Source: Sphaerodactylus townsendi
Lineage: Eukaryota
DNA: 64,000 nt
Assembly: GCF_021028975.2 (NCBI RefSeq)
Contig: NC_059427.1
Span: 118,544,001 to 118,608,000 of the forward strand
Reading direction: 5' to 3'
Positions 25,195 to 36,466 of this stretch are shown here, piece after piece. Both the position numbers and the translations under genes were made by a program. How positions within the stretch are numbered: the first letter of the stretch is position 1; each line of letters opens with the position of its first letter. The notes under the pieces were generated by a model, which made no database searches, was not told the DNA's origin, and worked only from the letters and a program-made list of their open reading frames with translations.

Positions 25195-25244
25195 CGGTCC
25201 AGCACGTCGTATGAACTTACGGTGCAGCACGTCGTATGAAGTTA
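25195..25244. repeat. 25-bp tandem duplication, CpG-rich
   Basis: CGGTCCAGCACGTCGTATGAACTTA / CGGTGCAGCACGTCGTATGAAGTTA. Confidence 0.9.
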
Positions 25245-26147
25245 CTCAGTTCTTTTTGTTGGCAAGGGTATTGTTTACTCCTTTCTGTACAAATAGCCAT
25301 TGAGTTCTGATGTGCTCTAAATTTATTTTATTTATTTATTCTGTTCAGCTTGTATGCTTCCCTTCCCCTCACAGATTCAGGGCAGCTTGAATTCATACCA
25401 AATCAGTAATTCTTTTGTTCAGCTTTTGTTGCTACTTAATACTGCTTATCCAGGCATGAGACTCTTTCAGCTACATAGCAGATTAAGACACAGTCAAATT
25501 ATTTGCTTGGTCATTGCCAGCCTCTTGTTTTGATACAACTCTTCAGAGTTAGACACAAAAGTTTCCAAATAAGGACAGAAACAAAATCTTCCTGTGTCTA
25601 TAACTGGAATGTTAAAGATTATGAAGACACATGCCTTGAACTGATCTAATTCAAAAGTGATCACACCTAATAATACTTAAAATCACTTTCTAAAATAGTG
25701 CAGCTACAACAGCTGCAACCGTGTGCTTCCCTTCTGAAAAAGGTGCAGGATAAAATGAAAGAACAGCCCCATTCCAAGTTCAGAAAAGCATTCAGCACAT
25801 ACGAAAGTCTTTGGAGAAAGTCTTGTCTCACTTTGCATTGGGCTTTTATAGAAAGCAGAAGTGGTGTGGTTCTCTGTCCTGTTGAGGAAGCAGCAATTCT
25901 CCACTCCTTGATTTCTGTATTATGTATGGAACTTTCTCAGGATGGAATCTGTTGGCATTCCAGACTGGTCACTGGAGTGGAGCTGGCTGCTACTGTTGCA
26001 GCAGGGTGGCCAAACGCATTGTGACGATCCTCTTAAGGATGTTTTGGACAGGTGCTTTACTATTCAGTGCTACTTCTGAAATGGCTCTGCAGGGCTGCAG
26101 AGTAAAGAATTCAAAAACAGCATTATAAATATGTTCCCTTCTATTGA

Positions 26148-26318
<171 letters not shown>

Positions 26319-26545
26319 TGAGAGATGCACTCACTACTTCAGTGATTTCCAAATGCTGGCATCACAAGCCAGTTTGTTGCTTCCTTGAGCATGGCAGTGT
26401 ATGTGAAAGGAAAGAGTGTTAAAAACTACGTTTTTGAAAGATTGTCCATGCATTCTCTGTCTTGCTTAGCAAGTTCTTGTATGAGTGAGTGGAGTCCAGA
26501 AGGAAGGTTAGACTCCTGGATTTCAGGACCTTGCTGATGTGATCA

Positions 26546-26732
26546 TGACCTGAGTGGCCTGGTCTAGCCCAGTTTCAGAGGCTGAGCAGGTTTGGTCCTT
26601 GGATGAGCGACCACCAAGGAATACCAGAGTCACGCCGCAGAGGCAGGCAATGTCTAGCCACTTCTGTTTATCTTGATCCTTGAAAGCCCTACAATGTCAC
26701 CATAAGTCAGCTGCAACTTGATGGCACTTTCC
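26546..26732 (+). mobile_element. 5S-derived SINE
   Basis: GCTGAGCAGG...TTGGATGAGCGACCACCAAGGAATACC plus the tail CATAAGTCAGCTGCAACTTGA. Confidence 0.7.
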
Positions 26733-27764
26733 ATCATACCATTGCCCAGCTATATGTATTTGAAAAGTATGGTATGATGATATGTTTGAAAAGTTCATTA
26801 GCAAACACAAAATGAGAAACCAATTCAATAAGGTGCTAGTTTAGTAGCTTACTGGAATGATCTTGGTGCTTGTGGGCATAATTTTTTTGCTTCACAACAT
26901 ATGCATTGTTCACCAATCACTATTTTTTCATCTTCTTAGTACCTTTCTCTTTCTGCATATTGAAGCTTAGCCAACGAAAAGGCTAATTCCCAAAAGGAAC
27001 CTGGCTTGTGACAATTATAATGGACCAGAGTTCATTTATTGACTGAATTTGGGCTATATTTGGGAACCATATCTGAGGCTGAAATCTTCTAAAATTCTAT
27101 TGTTGCGTTCCCAAGTCCCTTTGTTAATATTTATAAACTGCATTTAATAGCTAGGCCCTTTTTTCCCCATTAAGTCGCAGCTGACTTATGATGACCCCAT
27201 AGAGCTTTCAAGGCAAGAGATGGTCAGAGTTGGCTTGAGATCTTCAGTGTCAACTCATGAGTAATCATGTCCTATGTTATGATCCTAAACAAAAATGGAA
27301 CCAAAATCTGACATGCAAATGTTTTAATAGTAGTTAAAATGTTTGACTGTGTACTTGGCTATCAAAACCATAACAAGGATTATGCAGCATAAGCAGAGCC
27401 ATCCTAGAAGAAGGGAACTCTCTCTCCCCTACCCTGTGTGCACTTGCATACAACAGCCCTCTGTTTCTGCTGAAATTGTGCTGCTGCAGGTTTAGTGACC
27501 CCCTCGGAATGGTGAGGAGGGCAGTGGGGGAGGGGGGAACTGGCAAAAACAATCCTTCACAAACAAAAATGTTCTGCATGAGCAGAAGTGCTGTTATGCT
27601 GTAAGGATGGCAATTTAGCATCCATACCGCTCTCAACCATAAATGCAACCTACCTAGTAGTACTTGTTCCAAATGCATAGATTAGGACTCTTGCCTTTTG
27701 TTTGTCTGAGTGATGATAATCATTCTTTGATTTCCATCTCTCCTCCTACTCTACCCCATCTCAG

Positions 27765-27903
27765 GGTCTTAAAGCAAGAACATCCTGGACTGGCTGCTTT
27801 GGCCGATTCTGTTGACTTACAAGAATCAACGGGCATTGCTTCTGATAGTTCCAGTGACTCCTCCAGCTCGTCCAGCTCTAGCTCCTCAGATTCCGATTCA
27901 GAA
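27765..27903 (+). CDS. JMJD6: JMJD6 exon 5 (poly-serine domain)
   Basis: CATCTCAG|GGTC...GAA|GTAAGG. 139 nt. [46 protein letters not shown]. Confidence 0.98.
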
Positions 27904-28749
27904 GTAAGGGCTCTGACACAGCAGATGTTTATTCAGAAATGGCACTAGGTCTATGCTGTCATTCATTTTGGTCATTCATTAATAATGGCAGAGCTGAAGG
28001 CTGAATATTATGTTTTGTATTGCAGCAGTGTGTTTTACACTGGATGTAATTGTTTGGAATCCTAAAAGACTTAAAGTTCAATGGACTGCAATCCCATCGA
28101 TTTCAGTAAACTGGAGTGACTCTGTGTATAGCTGTATTTATAAATGTATATTTCCAAGTTCAGAGCCTCTACAGGTAGTCTAAAAAGATTTGATGTTCAG
28201 TAGTTTAAAATGCTGTAAAAAGGGCTAGGAGAAGTTCCGAGTTCATTCTTGCTCATTCATCAATTGGCACAGACTGTCCACTAGAGGAGTTTAATCCAGT
28301 TCCTTTCCTGTATATATCTGTAAGGTCTGTCTCATCTAGGAAGCTATGCTACCACTGTTGAATATTACCTAGATTTTGGGATCTTTTCTGCTATGTCTGC
28401 TTTGAATCGGTAGTGTCCGTGCAAGGGATGAGGCAAGAAAGTCATGCTGTATGAGCAGAAATCATTCTCTCCACAGAAACACTCTTGAAAACTCCCAAGT
28501 GTTTGCTTTAGCAGTGAACCACTCTCTATAAAGTACCCAACAGTTATATCCTGTAGACTGCTGAAGAATCTGATGTATAAGGGAGGTCTGACTATGATTT
28601 TAACTCACCAAGATGTTTCCTGCAGACATTCTGGATGTCTCTGTGAAGGAACAAATATTCTCTCAATTCTGTAGCTGCTATTAGTGGTCACAGAGCTAGT
28701 GATATGAATTGCTGTGCTTGAGATTTATTATTGTCCCTTTTTTATTTAG

Positions 28750-28881
28750 GGTGATTCTAGCTCAGAGACTGAAGGAATGATGCATCGTAGAAAAAAGCGG
28801 AGGACTTGCAGCATGATGGGAAACGGTGATACAACCTCCCATGATGACTGTGTCAGCAAAGAACGCAGCTGCTCCAGGTGA
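28750..28881 (+). CDS. JMJD6: JMJD6 exon 6 (403-aa isoform ends here)
   Basis: TTTATTTAG|[49 protein letters not shown] 28879-28881. Exon sum 1212 nt. Confidence 0.97.
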   Translation, partial: GDSSSETEGMMHRRKKRRTCSMMGNGDTTSHDDCVSKERSCSR

Positions 28882-29107
28882 ACAACCCTAAATATCTGCT
28901 TCCTTGCCAAACAAATGAAGTTGTTAGTTTGATCTATTAGGATGGTCTTAGCTATTGACAAAGAGATTACAGTAGCTATACTATTGGTAAAGCAGAAAAG
29001 CTTTGTACTGTAACTAGACTGTGCCCATATACATTGTCTTTTGTATTTCTAAATGCTTTGAATGACACTGTTTTCTATTTGTTAGAAATATCAAGGCTTT
29101 TTTTTAC

Positions 29108-29113
29108 AATAAA
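29108..29113 (+). terminator. JMJD6 proximal polyadenylation signal
   Basis: AATAAA ~230 nt after the exon 6 stop, followed by ATTAAA copies. Confidence 0.7.
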
Positions 29114-29260
29114 AATAATTAAAATTAAAATCTGTACTGTTTAAAGGGTATAAGCGTGCTGATTCCTAAACAGAAGATCAGATTTCTTGCTTGAAGAAGA
29201 GAGTGCTAGAGTTGCTGTTTGGAGGAATGGGCATTTAATGACTAAAATTATCCAGTAGGA

Positions 29261-29330
29261 CCGTGGTGGCGAACCTTTGGCACTCCAGATGTTATGGAAC
29301 ATCTGGAGTGCCAAAGGTTCGCCACCACTG
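29261..29330. mobile_element. 70-bp internally deleted hAT MITE (near-perfect hairpin)
   Basis: CCGTGGTGGCGAACCTTTGGCACTCCAGATGTT-ATGG-AACATCTGG...CCACCACTG. 8-bp TSD CAGTAGGA. Confidence 0.92.
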
Positions 29331-30062
29331 CAGTAGGAGATCTTTGGGTCCAAAGGTAGTCTCTTGTAAGGTTGTTGCCTGTTCTAACACATCTTTCATC
29401 TGATGAACTCTTTTTTTCTGTCTGAAGAGAAGGCTTACTCCATAATTTCTTTTTTTGTAGATTAGAGAATATTTCACTACCAGTTCTGGTAGTGGAAATT
29501 TGTGCTTCAACGGTGGATTGTAGCATGTAGCAAAAAGAACCAAGTTTTTTTCTACCCTTTCCAACCATTATTAGAAACAGCAGGTAGATCCTTAACAAAA
29601 AAAACCCCAAAACACTTTCTGATGGTGGGTCCAAATGATAAAGATTAGGAGTCACAGATTTAAGACCCAGAGGGAAAAAAGCTCTAAAGAGCTGTTGTCC
29701 AGCTGATTGTGTAAAGCAACAATTTGTATTTGACAGTCTCATAAGATGGCATCTCAAATCATTCATTGCTGTGGTCCCAACCTTAGTGAAATTGGGAATT
29801 AGTTTAGGAATTTGCCGGAATTTTTTTCCCATATTTTCTTTATAGAGTATGGAATATAGAACATTCCTCATTTCACTGCTGAAAATTAAAGATTTTCACA
29901 GTTATGTATTTCAGTACTTTCTTCAAATGTCTACTTGTGTTCAGCTGTCCCCCATGCTATTTCTGAAATGCATCGTTTTATCTTTGGGAAGTTCTGTATG
30001 GCCATCTTGCATAAAGATACTGCAAGAAACTTCTGACAGGCAGTTGTACTTTTTCTTGACAG

Positions 30063-30099
30063 GATTAGGGAGTCTTGTGGAAGCCGAGCTCATCCCTGA
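30063..30099 (+). CDS. JMJD6: JMJD6 alternative exon 7 (414-aa isoform C-terminus)
   Basis: Acceptor TTTTTCTTGACAG|G joined from donor CAG|GTGAAC at 28877/28878 gives RIRESCGSRAHP*. The human long isoform ends RIRDTCGGRAHP as recalled. Total 414 aa. Confidence 0.9.
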
Positions 30100-33000
30100 A
30101 AAATAACAACACCCCATCTAATGCAGTCAAAGCTTGCCAGCTGTCTCCTGTTCCTCCCATCTGCCGTGTATCTGGAGCTTTCTTGAGTCTTCACCACTTC
30201 TTCTTTTTTCCTAATCCAAACTTCTACCTGCTGCCTAAGTCTGCCTCCTTGCTAATTAAAGGAGAGAACTCCAGAGATCCTCTGTGTGCTCTTTCTGCAC
30301 CCCATCAAACAAATATGATCTCTGAAGATAATGCTGCCCTCTGCAAGGCTATGCTGTGGCTCACAACTCTGTGCAGTTGCAAAATGGAGAATATTTATTA
30401 GCCAACGTTGTCTTAAAAATGAGCAGGTAGATCCTGAAAGCCTGTGTCCTGCTCCAGCATTGTCTTATGTTTACACTTTGATTTTTCGTGCACTACAACT
30501 GAAGTACAGACCTGCAACCCTTCCCATATGTAATGAGCCATCTAGTACTTTGGTAGAGCACAAGAGGAAGTGAAAGAGACTGCTTGGTTCTGTTCACCTG
30601 AAGTGACTCTTCTGTTTTGTAAATGATCAGTTGTGAGAAGCACCTTTTTTGAGGTTTTTACCAGAGACGACACCAAACCAAGGATGAACTAATGAGACAT
30701 GTAAAAAAGAATCTCCTTAACCAGCTGCCTCACCATGATTACATGTGCTTTCTGTTTTATTATAAAATAAAATGGCTGGTATTTTGCAGTCAGTTTGGGA
30801 GCTTGTCCCAGAAAAAAGCTGGAATGGGAGAAGTGATAGCTGCTAATTTACCTCTCCCTGTGGGAGTTCCTGGAAAATTATATGAAGATGGAAAGCTTTT
30901 ATTAAGAAAGAGTGGGTGGGCTTAGTAAATATAAATCCCAATTTATGAAATACCACAACTCTGGAGCCTGGAACTGACCTACTGAATCTTCTGCTATTAG
31001 TGGGGCAGTTAATAGAGGAGTGTATGTGTGTTTTGTCTTGGGATAGGAAGTAGCTGTATGTATCTTGAGACAGTTGAATGCCAGGATATGCTGGTGCTTC
31101 AAGGGCATTCTTTGTCACTGGAGTTTGGTATTATGTCCTCAGATGGTCCTTGTATCTCCACATTTGACAGTAATTCTCCCCTAACTCCGAAGGTATGCCA
31201 ACAACATGTTTAAAAAGTATGGTTAACCTATTGAATAATTATCTAAACGATTGTATCTTGAGAATATGATGGAGGAGGTGTGGTGTTCAGTTCTCCTTTG
31301 TTTCTCACATTATCCAAAACCAAGGGCAAATCTATGACTAACAACTTTCACCATCTTAAGTGGGTCTGACCTCCCCCACAGACATGCAACATATCAGCCA
31401 GTTTGGGACCAGTCACAGACTGACGTTTGGTTGGGTGAGAAATATATTTAGATCATGGCACACAATATTCTTCCATGTTTCTAGAATGTGCCAAAATGTT
31501 CCCGTTTTGTTAGCATAGGGATCCAAATACCACTTGCCATCTTTAACTCCATGCAAATGTAACATTGGTAAATGCTGACATTATGTGTTAGAAGGCTCCT
31601 TATAGTGCCCACAAAGCATATGTATTTCAAAACCAGTTTGTAAAAAGAAGATAATTTTTGGAAATTAAGTAATACTTCCATTAGTTTAAGTTGCATATTT
31701 TTGGATTGTACAACAGGATTCAGCAGTGGGGCCACAGGGAAGGAAGCACAAGAGGGCATGAATTGCTACAGTTCCCTGACTAAAACACAACACTGTTTAT
31801 ACCAAGTCAAAATGTTGGTCCAGTTAGTCGACTTCAGGCGATTCCAGCTGGAAACAGCTCTCCAGGGTATTAGGCAGAGAACTTTCCCTAGTCCTGCTTG
31901 CTGATACCTTTTTAGCTGATGCTGGGCGTTAAACCTGGGACGTTCTGTGAGAAAAAAAATACTTTACTCTGAGCTATGCCCTCATTTTACTACTGGAAGT
32001 TCTCTGATTTTTAAATCATTTATCAAAAACTGCTATATGTGCAGTTAAAATATTTTTAGCAGCAAGGGTTAAAAAATTGAACTTACTGGGTTTGGTTTCT
32101 GTGTTTTATACAAAGGCTTGGATCCCAAGATTCTGTTTTGGACACCCTGCTGGGTCCTTTTTGCACTAGATTTGTGGGGAAATACATTCATTAGAATTTC
32201 TGATTAAAAAGGTAACTGAAAATGGGATGCAGATGAGTCATTTCAAGGCACATGTATTTGTATTGACCTTGTGTTGTAAATGTTTATCAGTTGTCAAATT
32301 AATCTGGGTGGAGATGAGGATTAACCTTCTGGCCGAGTCCGAAGGCCCGTGGTATTTGTAGGATGTTCTGTATCTTCGGTAAAAATTTGGTAAAAAGCAA
32401 ATTTAATCAGCTTTTTCTTACAGTTTGTATTGAAAACTTCAAGAATGTTTGGCATTTCAGAGTGAAACCAATCATGGCTTTCCTTTTAGCAATAGTAACC
32501 ACAAGCAACTTCAAGCTGTAAGTGCTCAGTTGCAAATCAGTGTCCTTTTAAACTACTATCTTCAGCAACATTGGTGAGATCTGAACTTGTTCATTTTTGG
32601 AAACTGTTGCCTCTAATATGCTGCTGTAACAAGTAATATTTTATATTCCAGTTTCCCATAATGATGGGCTCTCCCTGTTTTTTTGTTCATGTTTTTTTAA
32701 AGAAGGTTGTGTGTTATTTATATTGCAAATTATCTTGCTCAAAACAACCAGTGCCCTTTTTGCAATGTGTTCCTAGTGTTGACAGTTTAATCATTTACCA
32801 GATGCCAATTCTGGTGCCAAGTATTTTTCTTCTCTGTTTACCCAAAGCTAGCCAACTGTCATCAAGCTGGCCAAAAGTACATTGGTTTTCTTTAGGACCA
32901 GATCTTTCCCACATATCGATTGTGTTAGTCATTCTAATAAAGAAGGTGGATGCTTGTTACTAAAATGGGTTAGAAGAGAGGCTGATGTTACTAGTGAGGA

Positions 33001-34771
33001 AAAAAGCAGGTTCCTGAGTTTCACACTGGGCAGACAGTATAGGCAGAGAGTAAAGATTCTGGGGCAGTCCCTGGTTTGTCCAGCAGTCCAAGCAAGCATA
33101 ATTAACTTGGTGCCTCTTTGCCCTTTATGATACTAAGTAATTATCTTTCTCTCAGGACTGGTGATTTTAATGTCACTTGTAAGGCATTTTGCAGTAAAAT
33201 TAGTGGATTTTTGTACACATTTACTAGCATTGTTAAACTATGATGGATGACATTCAAGATGGCATCCTGTTTTTTACTCTATAAGCCTACTTAATATTGA
33301 AGGCCAGCTTAGCCACAGCAACAGGAGATGTGTGAACAGAGTCCTCCCATTTTTAAGAAGCTGTAAATAGGGCTCAGATAGAAAGTGGGGAGAACATTCG
33401 GGTTTTTTTCTCATATGTCATTTTTGCTATCTCAGTTGACCTCCCAGTGCTGTTATTTGCCTTGCAGTTACCATGGAGACACTAATGTGTGTCTGGTCTG
33501 ACTAATAACAACTGCTGGGGGGTGGGGGGGGGGCTAAGATGATCAAAATGGTACATGAAGTGGTTATTCCAAATGCCATATTTGTCCAGATTGACAGGGG
33601 AGGCACAGGTGCTGTGGATAGTTTGTTTGTAGATCTCCATCACATCTAGTTTGTCCTTGAGAGTTGCTGTGAACAGCCAGGTTTGGTAGGAAGCACTAAA
33701 GTTCTGCAAACTGCGGTACATCTGGAGTTACATAGATTCATAATGTATGTTATCAAGTTAAAGGCTAAGGCATAAGCTTGGATCCACTGGTAATTTTAGC
33801 AGAAAAAAGACATTTCTGGTCCAAAATTTCCTCTTCTTCCCCTCATCCCTTGTGCCCTTGGCAGCCAAAAATGCCCCCAGAAATGCTGTTTTTGTAGAAG
33901 CAGGGATCCCTGGGGACAGGGTAAGCAGGAGATAGAGATCTGCAGCAGAAGTCAGTAACCAGTCATATATACCCCACTGCTGCCACCCTTTCCATCTGCA
34001 AAAATCCTCCATTGGATCCAAGCCACAGGGTACTGTAGCATTCACCAGAATGGTAATTTCTGTTGACAGTGGCTCGCTTTCTCACGTATGGATTTTCAGC
34101 GAATGCATGTTGGCGTAACTCTTCTCGCAGACTTAAGTCAAACTTGATGACCCTGTTTTCAGATCCACTTTAAAGCAACAACTGCTTATTTGGAGAAATG
34201 TACTAAAAACTTTTCTTTCTTAAATTCCTAATGACCATGTCATTATGTTGATAAGAACTTTTACCTTTTCAAGTCCTTGGAGCTGTATTCTTCCCTTTGT
34301 GAGGGAAGAAGTCTCTCTGAACTCTGTTTTTAACATTAAACTGCCAGCTCCCCTAACTATCCATACAGTAGAGCCAGGATTGCTCTGAATTGTTCTGTTT
34401 AGATAATCATTATGTTCCTTTTTATTTAAAATAAAATATGTTATTTTCCATTACCTCACTTTGTATTGTTTTGTCTAAGTAATGAGATACATCTCTTGTG
34501 TGCTTTATCAAAATTTCTGTGTAGGGTGCTGTTCTAATTCTTATTTCACACATTTCTTCTCATATTAGCATGGAGGTAACACTGCAGGTTCACTTAACAA
34601 TGTGCAAATCACTGATTCTACAATCCTTAACCTCTAAAGCAATATTTTATTCTTGTGTAGCATCTGCAGTCATACATCATAGTTTTAAAACTAAGGATGT
34701 TATTTGAAAGATTCCTAGAAGGCAACTTGGTGCATCTTCAGAACTGGGTTAGGTGGCACTCAACTAATGTA

Positions 34772-35564
34772 CCGTATATACTTGTGTATAAGTCAACCCA
34801 CATATAAGTCAAGGCACCTAATTTTACCACAAAAAACTGGGAAAACTTATTGACTCGCATATAAGTCGAGGGTAGGAAATGCAGCAGCTACTGGTAAATT
34901 TCAAAAATAAAAATAGATACCAATAAAATTACATTAATTGATGCATCAGTAGGTTAAATGTTTTTGAATATTTATTTCAAAGAAAAACAGTAAACTAGCT
35001 CTGTAAGTGGAAAAGAGGGTCAACAAAAACAATATGGTAGCAACAATAACTTTAAAAGTACAAAAACCTTAGCTCAATCAGCAACCAAGCTAAAACACAA
35101 GAGTTAAAATCCTTCAAAACTGGATTTTTGGTCAGGGGAGGAATGTTTGTGTTAGCAGTACCAACATTTCCGAGTATCTTTAGGAGACCCTCCTGATGAT
35201 ACCACCCAGGTTTGGTGAAGTTTGGTTCAGGGGGCCCAAAGTTATGGACCCTCAAAAGGGTATCCCCATCTACTATTAGCTCCCATTGGAAACAATGGGG
35301 GGTGGGGGCACCCCTTTTGGGGGTCCATAACTTTGGACCCCCTGAACCAAACCTCACCAAACTTGGGTGGTATCATCAGGAGAGTCTCTTGAAAAAAATC
35401 TTGACATTTTGGTGCCGCTATTACTTTGGTGCCCCCTGGCGGCCGCCAAAGTAAAAACCCTAAAATATTGTTTAAAATACACCTGACTCTCGTGTAAGTC
35501 GAGGGGGGCTTTTTCAGCACAAAAAATGTCCTGAAAAATTCAACTTATATGCACGTATATACGG
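34772..35564. mobile_element. Tc1/mariner (Tc2-like) non-autonomous DNA transposon, copy 2
   Basis: TA|CCGTATATACTTGTGTATAAG...CTTATATGCACGTATATACGG|TA. Near-identical to 5671-6603. Confidence 0.88.
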
Positions 35565-36390
35565 TACTTTGATTTCCCTCAGATGACTAAAGCAGCAACC
35601 AGATTTCACAAATGAGCCATTGCTTGACCAAAGTATCCATATAAATTTGAAGGTTGCTAAGATATGAAAACCCACCGTTCTTGGTAGCACTAAAGTGTAT
35701 TCATGCGGCATACTTAGTTAAGTGAAATCTTGAAGCTGATAATGATGGATTGCTCCTTAGTATACAACAGGCAAATTATCCACACTGGAAATGGTCAAAG
35801 CTGAGGTGCTGTGCTTGTACATGTGGGAGTAAATGCTACTGAACTCTGGTTTTACTTCCAAGCAAACCTTCATAGAAATAGACATTTGTGAGGTTTAAAA
35901 TAAAGGCATTCTGTATGGACATTTGCTGGAGAGAGGATTGAGAGATCACTACCTAATTAAGCCTGTAAGGTGCTGGTATTTTTGTCCAGAAATGTACACC
36001 TCTGGAGTCGAGGCAAACACCTTCATAGTAAGGAAGTGACAAAGGAATCTGTGCCCCTTTGCTATAAGTCAGTGGAATAATGATGGTATTTGAGAATGTA
36101 GGTATTTTACAGCTCCTCCCAATGCTTAATTTAAGATATTAACAGCAGGGAGGAAAAAATCCACAAAACCAGGACAAACAACTTGCAGTTAGGAAAACTG
36201 GAAACCCATGCATGCAAAAAATAACTGCCCATGGGCTACTATTTCCCAGACTATATTCATAAAGCCTGGAACCAGTAAATATTTTCTTCTAGGGCTGAGA
36301 ATTCAAAGGGTTCCTGGCAAACAACTGTGGAAAGTTTATTATGAAACCTGTTCATAGAATCATAGAGTTGGAAGAGATCACAAGGACCGT

Positions 36391-36466
36391 CAATTGGCCA
36401 TGCTGGCAGGGGCTGATGAGAATTGTAGTCTATATCATCTGGAATGCCAAAGGTTCGCCACCACTG
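36391..36466. mobile_element. Half copy of the palindromic hAT MITE
   Basis: CAATTGGCCATGCTGGCAGGGGCTGATG...GGTTCGCCACCACTG followed by TCCTAGA. Confidence 0.8.

Noticed and set aside
25195-25244. CRISPR-like or loxP-like repeat
   Set aside because: Only two adjacent units with no spacers, in a vertebrate intron. The resemblance to a loxP arm is short and likely chance.
25698-26024. 108-aa ORF in JMJD6 intron 3
   Set aside because: No recognisable domain or convincing splice signals.
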